In this document: positions 1-7,640 of the stretch, one piece after another
Layout: each line of letters opens with the position of its first letter
Position numbering within the stretch: position 1 is the first letter of the stretch
IMG/VR virus record: IMGVR_UViG_3300038673_000869
Location: 1 to 24,226 of that record
Length of the DNA: 24,226 nt
From: a virus
Taxonomy: Duplodnaviria; Caudoviricetes
Reading direction: 5' to 3' (one strand)
Notes under the pieces: generated by a model
What the model was told of the DNA's origin: nothing
Seen by the model: the letters and a program-made list of their open reading frames with translations, nothing else
The model's database searches: none
Translations under genes and position numbers: made by a program

Positions 1-63
1 CAATATCAAGGCGAAGATTATCGGTGATACCAGTATTCGTAATAATAAAAATCTCGTATTCAT
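1..63 (-). CDS. Partial small hydrophobic protein (runs off left edge)
   Basis: Manual translation MNTRFLLLRILVSPIIFALIL...; AGGAGG ribosome-binding site just upstream; not in ORF track. Confidence 0.55.
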   Translation of the reverse strand, partial: MNTRFLLLRILVSPIIFALIL

Positions 64-112
64 TTTGCTTCCTCCTTTCATAATTTTAATTGAAATTGAT
101 GATATAAACGAG

Positions 113-340
113 TTAGCGGTAATTCTGATTACACTTCGCTTCAGGGTCTTTTCTACCGCCACCGTATTTACATTGTTCACAATCTATTGTTGTTTCATAT
201 CCACATTCATATTCGCTACCCCATCCTACATCTTGTGTTCTATATCCCCTACACTTTGGATGTCGTGAAGGACTACCGCTAACATCAAGTATATTTAATT
301 GCGGTTTCAGTCCTTTTATAAATTTCTCTGCGTTATTCAT
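113..340 (-). CDS. Small Cys-rich hypothetical protein, cassette-like
   Basis: 75 aa with HPKC, C, CEQC, C residues; start lies in the loop of the 274-408 hairpin; stop TAA lies inside TACCGCTAAC. Confidence 0.6.
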   Translation of the reverse strand: MNNAEKFIKGLKPQLNILDVSGSPSRHPKCRGYRTQDVGWGSEYECGYETTIDCEQCKYGGGRKDPEAKCNQNYR

Positions 341-408
341 CTTTTGTGTTTTTAATTAAGTTTCTGCGGTAAATCCGCAACTAAACATACTTTTAGCCGT
401 TGTGCGTA
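274..408 (-). repeat. attC-like imperfect inverted repeat
   Basis: 18-nt arms AAGTATATTTAATTGCGG (287-304) and CCGCAACTAAACATACTT (375-392), 16/18 complementary; flanked by CGCTAAC (277-283) and GTTGTGC (399-405). Confidence 0.65.
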
Positions 409-423
409 ATGGCTAATCATCGT

Positions 424-618
424 TCAAATCACGAAGAAACTTAGTAAGCGTTTTAATTCTTTCATTATATCGTTCCAATTTTTTGCGTGTGCTTTTATTG
501 CATCTCGTTTTTCTCTTTCAAGCCATCTTATTTCCTGTTCAAGTTCGTTACCGATAATTGTAACTCTATGCTCTTTGGGTAGTGCATTAAAACGTATTGA
601 TACTTCTTCCCTATTCAT
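424..618 (-). CDS. Small coiled-coil hypothetical protein (possible -1 frameshift extending it to 413)
   Basis: ATGA overlap with upstream gene; A6 run at 479-484; the -1 frame continues KKLERYNERIKTLTKFLRDLNDD to TAG at 413-415. Confidence 0.6.
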   Translation of the reverse strand: MNREEVSIRFNALPKEHRVTIIGNELEQEIRWLEREKRDAIKAHAKNWNDIMKELKRLLSFFVI

Positions 619-893
619 TTTTTACTCCTTTTCTGTATTAAATCTCTCATCCATCTTGCACCCGCAATCCATGCTTTCGTGTTTATCATAGACTGTATGC
701 CAACTCCATCAAGGATGTTTTCAAGGGCATAAGCCTCTATCTGCTCCTCCGTTGGCAAAGGCTTCTCCAACTCTGCAACCACCGTGTCAATGGCTTCATT
801 AAAAACGTTCATGTCCCACGTTAGTAATTCACTTGTACCGTCGTAAAGACTTCCCCATTCTTTCAGCACCTCAATCGCTTCATTCAATGTCAT
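615..893 (-). CDS. Hypothetical phage protein, paralog of 908-1141
   Basis: Start moved to MTLNEAIEV (893) because AGGAGG lies 7 nt upstream; shares EAIEV and EAIDTVVAELEKxLP with its neighbour. Confidence 0.7.
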   Translation of the reverse strand: MTLNEAIEVLKEWGSLYDGTSELLTWDMNVFNEAIDTVVAELEKPLPTEEQIEAYALENILDGVGIQSMINTKAWIAGARWMRDLIQKRSKK

Positions 894-1154
894 TTCGTTT
901 CCTCCTTTCATAATTCGTGCATCGGTGAAATGTCATTCTCCATGTCTTTCCATCCAAGACCGTTTTCAATCATATATTCCAATTTCTTACATCTTTCGCA
1001 AGGCAAAGACTTCTCCAACTCTGCTACCACCGTGTCAATGGCTTCAATCACAGTATTGGCAGTAGGTTCTAATTCCCCTGCCCCGTAATCAATCCAATGA
1101 CGCAATTTCTTTATCACCTCAATCGCCTCACTCCGTTTCATTTCGTTTCCTCCT
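754..1154. repeat. Diverged tandem duplication, 248-bp offset
   Basis: 754-798 vs 1002-1046 (43/45 identical), 867-878 vs 1115-1126 (identical), 891-906 vs 1139-1154 (identical). Confidence 0.9.
908..1141 (-). CDS. Hypothetical phage protein, paralog of 615-893
   Basis: AGGAGG RBS; 77 aa; shared motifs with neighbour; CERC motif. Confidence 0.7.
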   Translation of the reverse strand: MKRSEAIEVIKKLRHWIDYGAGELEPTANTVIEAIDTVVAELEKSLPCERCKKLEYMIENGLGWKDMENDISPMHEL

Positions 1155-2193
1155 ATTTTATTGGTTGTTCACACAATGGACAGATATCAGGCATTTCCGC
1201 GCTAAAACGTGTTTGCAGGAGGGATAGGTTCCCCGAGGATAATTTATAAGCCTCAGATGTGTTCCTTACTTGACGGAGTATGTCAATGCCTGCTTTCAAC
1301 CTTACTTCTATTTTCTGTCGCTCCTCAAAAAGTAAAAGTAAATTTACTACGGATTTCTCTGCCTTTAAGATTTTTGATTTTACTAAGATATTATTTTCAA
1401 ATGTAGCGTGATCAGATATAATTTTGTTAAGTGAAGTTGTTTGCTTTTGCAATTGTTCCTTTTGCTCATACAAAGTCAATAAAGATTGTACAATGGTTTC
1501 AGCCGGGATTAACTCAGATTTGCTTTCAATCAATTCTTTGGTTTGGTGTACAGATTTGATGGTCTGTTGTAATCGCACTTTTGCATTGGTGAATTGTGTT
1601 AATTCACTTTGCATATGTTCCAACACTTCCAACTCAATTTCAGCCTTAGCAAGAAAAGTAAATTCTTCTAAATCTTCCTCAGCTTTTTGTAAAAGTCTAG
1701 AATCAGTTTTAATACTTTGTTCAATTTCACCAGACCATCTTTGTACAAGTTTTATGGAAGTATTAATTTTATCAAGATGGGCTATCTTATTGAAATGGTT
1801 AGCCACTTCCCCAGGTGAGGCAGTTAAAAGGAATGGTTGGTCAAACTGAGATTGTAGATTAATCTCATTCAAATTCAAAATAGATCGGACTTCTTCTGGA
1901 ACATCGGCACCAAAAGCCTGAAAACGAATGCCATTGGCTTCATATTCATTACCTGTTCCTTTTTTGCGAATAACACTTGTATTATCAAGACTGACTTCAA
2001 CTCTTGTATCCCCTCCCCAGGAAGATCTAAAACTGTCACCTGAAGGTCGATTCCAAGTAACCCACCGTAGTGCCCGAATAATTGCTGTCTTTCCACTATC
2101 AGAGGCTCCAACAATAACATTAACACCAGGATCAAATACAAGTTGTGTATTTTTATGGCTTTGGAAATTCTCTATGGATAGTTTTTGTATCAT
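1153..2193 (-). CDS. Rad50/SbcC-like ATPase, N-terminal half ending at zinc hook
   Basis: N-terminal LSIENFQSH, Walker A GASDSGKT, Q-loop-like QSQFDQPF, long coiled coil, terminal CPLCEQPI. Confidence 0.85.
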   Translation of the reverse strand: MIQKLSIENFQSHKNTQLVFDPGVNVIVGASDSGKTAIIRALRWVTWNRPSGDSFRSSWGGDTRVEVSLDNTSVIRKKGTGNEYEANGIRFQAFGADVPEEVRSILNLNEINLQSQFDQPFLLTASPGEVANHFNKIAHLDKINTSIKLVQRWSGEIEQSIKTDSRLLQKAEEDLEEFTFLAKAEIELEVLEHMQSELTQFTNAKVRLQQTIKSVHQTKELIESKSELIPAETIVQSLLTLYEQKEQLQKQTTSLNKIISDHATFENNILVKSKILKAEKSVVNLLLLFEERQKIEVRLKAGIDILRQVRNTSEAYKLSSGNLSLLQTRFSAEMPDICPLCEQPIK

Positions 2194-2351
2194 CTTTCTC
2201 TGTACATTTTTTGGTATTCAATCAAACATAAAGGACAGCACTGTGATAAGGTACAGCGGTGGGCACTATTCAACGAGATAAATTCCTCTTTTTTCTTTTT
2301 ACTTGGTTTGACACCACACAGATATCGACCTTCACTCTTGATGTGATACAT
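2190..2351 (-). CDS. Small putative zinc-binding protein (53 aa)
   Basis: Manual translation MYHIKSEGRYLCG...CCPLCLIEYQKMYRER; fills the gap and has an ATGA overlap with the next gene; not in ORF track. Confidence 0.65.
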   Translation of the reverse strand: MYHIKSEGRYLCGVKPSKKKKEEFISLNSAHRCTLSQCCPLCLIEYQKMYRER

Positions 2352-2886
2352 GAGAATATAATTTCAGGGTTGATGAATTTTTAGTAGCGGTGTGATAAAT
2401 TGCCATAGCGTCCGCTACAGCCTCATCATGGTAACGAATCTTCCTCCACGGTACTTTATATAGAGCGGAAATAGAATCTACCATTTCTGTTTTGGTAGCC
2501 GATCGTTTACCAAGGACACATTTCTTCGCGTCATCTTCAGAATACCATTCAATTGGTACATTCAATGCATCCGATAAGGTTTGCATTATTCCGGTCACCA
2601 TGCCTATCATAACGGCGGCAACCGCTGACTGACTTCCATGGGGAGCCTCTGAAACAATGTAATCAATTTCATGTTTCTTGATAATCCTGATCAATTCACC
2701 ATTGATTTCTTGTATCCTGCGAATTGTATCATCCGATTTTCTAATCCTTTTTACTTTATTTTCAGGAGCTGTTTTAATACAGCCACAATCAAGTACCTTG
2801 TTGTCTTTGACCACTGCCCAACCCCAGGCGGTTATACTGGGATCATTGGTTAGGATTGTTAAAGGTTTTACTGTCGTTCTGATCAT
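2332..2886 (-). CDS. ruvC: RuvC-like Holliday junction resolvase
   Basis: DPSITAWGWAVV strand motif, SE, KKCVLGKRSATK, DEAVADAMAI acidic motif; next to RecA. Confidence 0.8.
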   Translation of the reverse strand: MIRTTVKPLTILTNDPSITAWGWAVVKDNKVLDCGCIKTAPENKVKRIRKSDDTIRRIQEINGELIRIIKKHEIDYIVSEAPHGSQSAVAAVMIGMVTGIMQTLSDALNVPIEWYSEDDAKKCVLGKRSATKTEMVDSISALYKVPWRKIRYHDEAVADAMAIYHTATKNSSTLKLYSHVSHQE

Positions 2887-3941
2887 CTTTGTTTTGGTTT
2901 CCGTTCACTTTTAAATTTCTTTTCAATATCTTCCCAAAGGTCAATCACTTCATCTTTCAATTCAGCAATCAAATTTTCCTTTTCAACAATAGCAATGGCT
3001 TCATCCATGGAATTGGACAGTGATCTACCATTTACAGTGTATACGGTGTTTTTGGTGTGGTCCTTGATAAACTGTAAATTTTGACGAATGTCATCAATAC
3101 CGTAGTCAAATAAAATGGTCACTTTGGCAGAGCGATAGGGCTTCCAAATGGAAGATTTGAAGACCTCTACATCAGATTCAACACCAATAACACGGGTGAC
3201 TTCTTTGCCTGCCACTTTTTCTTTGGCTTTGATTTTGTCCGGCTTACTAAAACGAAGTCTTAAACTTGAATAAAAGCCAATGGCTTCACCTCCAGGTGTG
3301 GTATATTTTTGACCATAAGGACCAGCATCAATATTGACACGCACTTGATTACTACAAACCATTAATAGGTTTTTCTGAGTCAATATCCTGCAGGTTTTCC
3401 TTAATTCTTCACTGAATTCTTTGGCCCGACGCATTCCCATCTTATCACCATCCTTATTTTCCATTTCAAGATCGGTTGATAAAGCAGCAAGTGAATCTGC
3501 CATTATTCCATTGATGCGTTTCTTATTCTTTGGTTCCCATGCACGAACGGAACTAAACACCTCAGGTATTGTATTGGGAATGGTGTATTCAATTTCTGTG
3601 GTGTCTAAATCAAATAATTGTGCGAATTGTTTATTTAGGCGGGCCTCAGGGTCATGAAACATAATGTCACCACCAAGCCTTTGAATGGCTCCAGCAATTT
3701 CACTCAATAATACAGTTTTTCCACTGCCAGAAGGACCAAATACTTCAACCAAAATACCACCAGGAATACCACCACCACGAACCCTGCCACCACTAATGGC
3801 AAGATCCAACAAAGTGGATCCAGTACTAACCATAGTTTCAACATTGCCATCATATTCAGAAGCCTTTTTTACCTTAGGTTTATCAAGACGGTCCTTCATT
3901 TGCTTTGGCAGTGCTGATAAGGGTTTTTTCGTTCTTTCCAT
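2883..3941 (-). CDS. recA: RecA/UvsX-like recombinase
   Basis: STGSTLLDLAISGG, Walker A GPSGSGKT, DSLAAL, NQVR, TTPGGEAIGFYSSLRL. Confidence 0.95.
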   Translation of the reverse strand: MERTKKPLSALPKQMKDRLDKPKVKKASEYDGNVETMVSTGSTLLDLAISGGRVRGGGIPGGILVEVFGPSGSGKTVLLSEIAGAIQRLGGDIMFHDPEARLNKQFAQLFDLDTTEIEYTIPNTIPEVFSSVRAWEPKNKKRINGIMADSLAALSTDLEMENKDGDKMGMRRAKEFSEELRKTCRILTQKNLLMVCSNQVRVNIDAGPYGQKYTTPGGEAIGFYSSLRLRFSKPDKIKAKEKVAGKEVTRVIGVESDVEVFKSSIWKPYRSAKVTILFDYGIDDIRQNLQFIKDHTKNTVYTVNGRSLSNSMDEAIAIVEKENLIAELKDEVIDLWEDIEKKFKSERKPKQR

Positions 3942-4279
3942 TATTCGTCAATATCAATGATTTGTGCAACATTCTCTGGTGACACTCCTTTTTTCAATAG
4001 GTCTTTCAAATAGTGTTCTTTAAACTCCGAAATCAATGCATTGGAATTTTGCATTTTCAAAGCCCACCATTCGTCTTGGATCTTACTCTTCATACTCATG
4101 ACAAGTGATTTGGCAGAAATATTTTTATTCTGCTCCATCCACCAATTATGAATTGCACTTCTTATCACAGTAGACTTAGATGTCTTTGTATGGTAACTAT
4201 ACAAGGTAATATAAGAAGCAATATGCGGGGGCATCACTGCCCCCACATGCTGACATTGTTTCGTTGTTAAAGTGTTCAT
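3941..4279 (-). CDS. Hypothetical protein, possible ribbon-helix-helix N-terminus
   Basis: Coupled on both sides; VGAVMP...SKSTVIRSAI resembles an RHH pattern (weak). Confidence 0.55.
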   Translation of the reverse strand: MNTLTTKQCQHVGAVMPPHIASYITLYSYHTKTSKSTVIRSAIHNWWMEQNKNISAKSLVMSMKSKIQDEWWALKMQNSNALISEFKEHYLKDLLKKGVSPENVAQIIDIDE

Positions 4280-5439
4280 TTCCCGGAGGCTTCAATACAA
4301 TCATCCCATAAATCACATGAATCGCAATCATCGAATTTCTCGCAGTCCTTTCCAAAAACATGACCGAACGGGCATTTGTTTTTTCCACTTTTTGGAGGTT
4401 CAGGTTTCCGAGATTTTTTCACAGGTTTTTCTTCTTCTTCCTCATCATCGTCATCCTCAGGTTCCGGTTTCTTTTTGGGTTCCGGTTTTTTTGTCCTGGT
4501 GGTACTGTGTTTTGTTTCTTCAACCTTTTTGCGCCTTATTGGTTTTTCTTCTTCCTCTTCTTCCTCTTCCTCATCATCGTCATCCTCAGGCTCCTCTTCC
4601 TCTTCCTCATCATCGTCATCCTCAGGCTCCGGTTTTCTCTTTTTTGTCTCTTCCACTTTTTTGCGTCTTACCGGTTTTTCTTCCTCTTCCTCTTCTTCAG
4701 TGTCTTCAAGTTCAAAAAACTTTGCTTCAATCTCTTTGGCAGACAATACAACCAACATATCGTCAAGACTTGGAATCTCTTCCAAAATATCCTCGGTGTA
4801 TTGTTTCTTCCGTTCAACAAAGTCAATACGGCTGGCTTCAGCAAATGCATTGCTCTTGCCAATCGTTTTGCTGTCAAACCTCACCCGTAATGATAATCCT
4901 TCTTCCAGGTCCGGGAAAATTGCATTCTCTTCATTTTCCTCCAACTCCTCATTCAAAAGAGTTTGGAAAAGATATTGGCTGATGTCCCAGACATGAATTT
5001 GTTTGTCATCCTTTTTCGCATCCAGGGGAATAACAATATAAAGGTTTCTCATGGAAGCCTTCATGGCATCAGTCTCCTCTTTGTCAGCCCCTTCTTTGAG
5101 CCTTTTTGCTCTGTATTCACAGATTGGACACCTCTTTCCAACTGAGGTCGGGCAAACCAATACGTCATTCGCGGGACCAACATTGCGGTGGGTTTTGAAC
5201 GGACGTTTGTACCACAAGGTACCAGGCATGGCGATTTCCAGTTTGTCATCCCTGTCCGGATGGTGTTCTGTGGTTACATTGTACGGGAGAATGTCAAACT
5301 TTACCCTGCTACCCGGCTCCTCTTTGAATACGGTGACATTTTTTGGCAGGTTCAAGTAGCCATAATTGCTATGGGCGCTTTTTTGACGCTGGGCGTCTTT
5401 GTTTACTTTTCCTCGAAAATTACTTTTGCTCTTTTTCAT
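4276..5439 (-). CDS. gp32-like single-stranded DNA-binding protein with acidic repeats and Cys-rich tail
   Basis: H...CPTSVGKRCPICE zinc motif, RNLYIVIP, DLEEGLSLRV; long D/E tracts; position among recombination genes. Confidence 0.75.
   Translation of the reverse strand: MKKSKSNFRGKVNKDAQRQKSAHSNYGYLNLPKNVTVFKEEPGSRVKFDILPYNVTTEHHPDRDDKLEIAMPGTLWYKRPFKTHRNVGPANDVLVCPTSVGKRCPICEYRAKRLKEGADKEETDAMKASMRNLYIVIPLDAKKDDKQIHVWDISQYLFQTLLNEELEENEENAIFPDLEEGLSLRVRFDSKTIGKSNAFAEASRIDFVERKKQYTEDILEEIPSLDDMLVVLSAKEIEAKFFELEDTEEEEEEEKPVRRKKVEETKKRKPEPEDDDDEEEEEEPEDDDDEEEEEEEEEKPIRRKKVEETKHSTTRTKKPEPKKKPEPEDDDDEEEEEKPVKKSRKPEPPKSGKNKCPFGHVFGKDCEKFDDCDSCDLWDDCIEASGK
4437..4626. repeat. Intragenic direct repeats encoding PEDDDDEE
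   Basis: CTTCCTCATCATCGTCATCCTCAGG identical at 4437-4461, 4566-4590 and 4602-4626. Confidence 0.9.
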
Positions 5440-5572
5440 TTTTAAACTTTTTAAGATTACGGATCATTGTATCATAATACGCTTGCACAATTAATGACGC
5501 CAAATAGTAAATAATAAATGGCACGACAATAACTGCTACGACTACAATTAAAATTGTCAATAGAATGCTCAT
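5420..5572 (-). CDS. Small membrane protein (50 aa)
   Basis: Manual translation MSILLTILIVVVAVIVVPFIIYYLASLIVQAYYDTMIRNLKKFKNEKEQK; ATGA overlap with upstream gene; not in ORF track. Confidence 0.7.
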   Translation of the reverse strand: MSILLTILIVVVAVIVVPFIIYYLASLIVQAYYDTMIRNLKKFKNEKEQK

Positions 5573-6054
5573 ACCTTCCTCCTCATTACTTTACTTACAG
5601 ATTCATTTGTGGTTTTTTGTTTTTGGGTTTGTTGCCACTCATAGGAAAGGTCTCTGGGAACTTGTGGTCCTGCAAAATAATTTTGACCAAATAATCGTAC
5701 AAGATTTTCAAGTGCATCCTTTTTGTGTTCCACTGCAGATACAGCACCTTTTGCAATATCAGCCTCGTATTGGGCTTGTAAATAAGCAGTGTTTGCTTCC
5801 TTATACAATTTATGGCTGATTATTGTATTTGAGACTGCCGTCTCGGTAATTTTAACTATCCCGAATTTCTCAGGATCGGATCGGATTTCTTTATCAAGGT
5901 CGGCTTTGACAAGATCCAAGTTTTCTTTTCTCAATAACATTTCCATTTTTGCCTCAGCGGAAATCTTGCTGTACTTTAACATTAGCCTGGGCTGGTTGAG
6001 CCATTCAATGTCTAAAGCATCCTCATCAATTCTTATGTCTTCTTCAAATTTCAT
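5569..6054 (-). CDS. UvsY-like recombination mediator
   Basis: Helical protein starting DIRIDEDALDIEWLNQPRLMLKY; sits upstream of the SSB and RecA genes. Confidence 0.55.
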   Translation of the reverse strand: MKFEEDIRIDEDALDIEWLNQPRLMLKYSKISAEAKMEMLLRKENLDLVKADLDKEIRSDPEKFGIVKITETAVSNTIISHKLYKEANTAYLQAQYEADIAKGAVSAVEHKKDALENLVRLFGQNYFAGPQVPRDLSYEWQQTQKQKTTNESVSKVMRRKV

Positions 6055-6296
6055 TCTTTTGCTTTGTAACGTTTTTTCAAGTTCTTTGCATAGTCAAGGA
6101 CAATAGGTTCAATTTCTTCCTGCATCCTTTCTAAAAGTTCAAGGGCTTCTTCCCGTGGATTAATAGTTTGGGAATACCCGCTTTCCACCTTAAGGGATTC
6201 ATAATTACCAAGATTGACTGTCATTGAAACAGTCACCCAGCATTTGTCTCCATTATTTACTGGTTCCGTGCCTTTTCCTTTGATTGTTCTTTCCAT
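6051..6296 (-). CDS. Hypothetical phage protein
   Basis: Coupled ORF; TVNLGNYESLKV beta-hairpin-like motif. Confidence 0.65.
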   Translation of the reverse strand: MERTIKGKGTEPVNNGDKCWVTVSMTVNLGNYESLKVESGYSQTINPREEALELLERMQEEIEPIVLDYAKNLKKRYKAKE

Positions 6297-6298
6297 TG

Positions 6299-7210
6299 TT
6301 ATCCTTTATAAACAACATAACAAGCCAAAACTAATTGTGGGAATCCACTATTGAAAAAAGGTTCAATAAAGGATTCTAATACAAGCCCCGCCCGACTGTT
6401 ATCCGATTTCAATAACACGGCCTGAGCATAGCCTAATACGTGTCTGCGAATGCTTTCTGGATCTTGGTCTTTCAATCCGTTCAAAACATTCTTTATTTGA
6501 TCCCATGTACTTCTACCTAACAAAAGCCTACAAAGTTCAATACTTTGGCTTTGCTGTTCTGCGGATTGCTTTGCAACTTCAAGTCTTTGGTCAGGCTCAA
6601 CTCGGAGAACTTGGTCCAGGATTTGTAATGCATTCCTGGACTGACCCAAACTATCTTGAATAATTTGCTCGTAAACGGCCTTAGGCATAGATTGTCCCTC
6701 AGCCTTTGTGACCTCCCGCAGGAGGGTCATCATCTGGGAGTCCGATAAAGGCTTAACAGTAATTTGACTACACCGTCCTTTTATTGTAGCGAGTAATTTC
6801 TGGGGGTCCGTCGTACACAGAATAAAATAGACATGCGAGGGAGTATCTTCTAAGATTTTCAAGAGTGCATTTTGTGCATCATTGGTCATCTTATGACACT
6901 CATCAATTAACCATACCCGGCATGAGCCTTCCAATGGTTTGTATCCGCTTTGTTTTCTTATTTCTCGTACGGTGTCAATACCCCGAAAGTCAGCACTATC
7001 AACCTCTCTGAAATCGGAGCCAACACAACCAAGCCTTTTTGCAATTATCCTACCAATGGTAGTTTTACCACAACCTGAGGGCCCCGTAATAAGAAAGGAG
7101 TGAGGACAGGTAGCAGGCGTGCCTAACATAGCGTTCAAGTACGAAACTACTTCTTCGTTACCTTTTATATTATCAAGGTCCCCCGGGCGGTATTTCAAGT
7201 ATAAACTCAT
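6299..7210 (-). CDS. dnaX: DNA polymerase III gamma/tau-like clamp-loader AAA+ ATPase
   Basis: LYLKYRP, Walker A GPSGCGKTT, IDECH, AQNALLKILE, FILCTTDPQKL, TIKGRC, RNALQILDQ. Confidence 0.9.
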   Translation of the reverse strand: MSLYLKYRPGDLDNIKGNEEVVSYLNAMLGTPATCPHSFLITGPSGCGKTTIGRIIAKRLGCVGSDFREVDSADFRGIDTVREIRKQSGYKPLEGSCRVWLIDECHKMTNDAQNALLKILEDTPSHVYFILCTTDPQKLLATIKGRCSQITVKPLSDSQMMTLLREVTKAEGQSMPKAVYEQIIQDSLGQSRNALQILDQVLRVEPDQRLEVAKQSAEQQSQSIELCRLLLGRSTWDQIKNVLNGLKDQDPESIRRHVLGYAQAVLLKSDNSRAGLVLESFIEPFFNSGFPQLVLACYVVYKG

Positions 7211-7237
7211 ATTTCTAAATTCATTTCAATTGACTAA

Positions 7238-7594
7238 TTAAAAGTTTAAGAAAAGTTTAAGAAATGTTGATGGAACTCTTTCCAAGACCCCTTTCATTTC
7301 TCCTATTATTTTATCTTTGAATTTCAAAGCCATGGCACAATGCCACATGAATTCATTAAATGTATTAGAATATTCTAAACAAATCTGAAGTTCTTCAGTA
7401 AATCTATCCACATGATGCAATTTACTAAAAAATTCAACCTTTTTATTTTCATGCCAATCTTCAGAAAATACTTCTGGTAATCCTAAACAACGATCTAATT
7501 TGTCAAAAATTTCATTTTTTTTAAGTAGTTCAAGCATGTCTTTTTTCAAGACTTGGAAGGCTTCTTTTTGAACTACGTCAATTTCTTGTGTCAT
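7238..7594 (-). CDS. Hypothetical protein
   Basis: 118-aa ORF filling the gap on the coding strand; no recognised motif. Confidence 0.6.
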   Translation of the reverse strand: MTQEIDVVQKEAFQVLKKDMLELLKKNEIFDKLDRCLGLPEVFSEDWHENKKVEFFSKLHHVDRFTEELQICLEYSNTFNEFMWHCAMALKFKDKIIGEMKGVLERVPSTFLKLFLNF

Positions 7595-7618
7595 TACATT
7601 AATTTTTTAAGGTTTAAG

Positions 7619-7628
7619 TAATATACAA
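7619..7628 (-). promoter_or_regulatory. Candidate phage promoter motif TTGTATATTA
   Basis: Same or near-identical 10-mer in intergenic gaps at 17931-17940 and 19067-19076. Confidence 0.45.
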
Positions 7629-7640
7629 GAATTACAGGTT

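Noticed and set aside
615-1154. Paralog pair as the template/variable repeats of a diversity-generating retroelement
   Set aside because: Differences are not confined to adenines and no reverse transcriptase is present in the window
4437-4626. Repeats as a CRISPR array
   Set aside because: Spacing is irregular, the repeats are in frame within a CDS and encode an acidic peptide, and there are no cas genes
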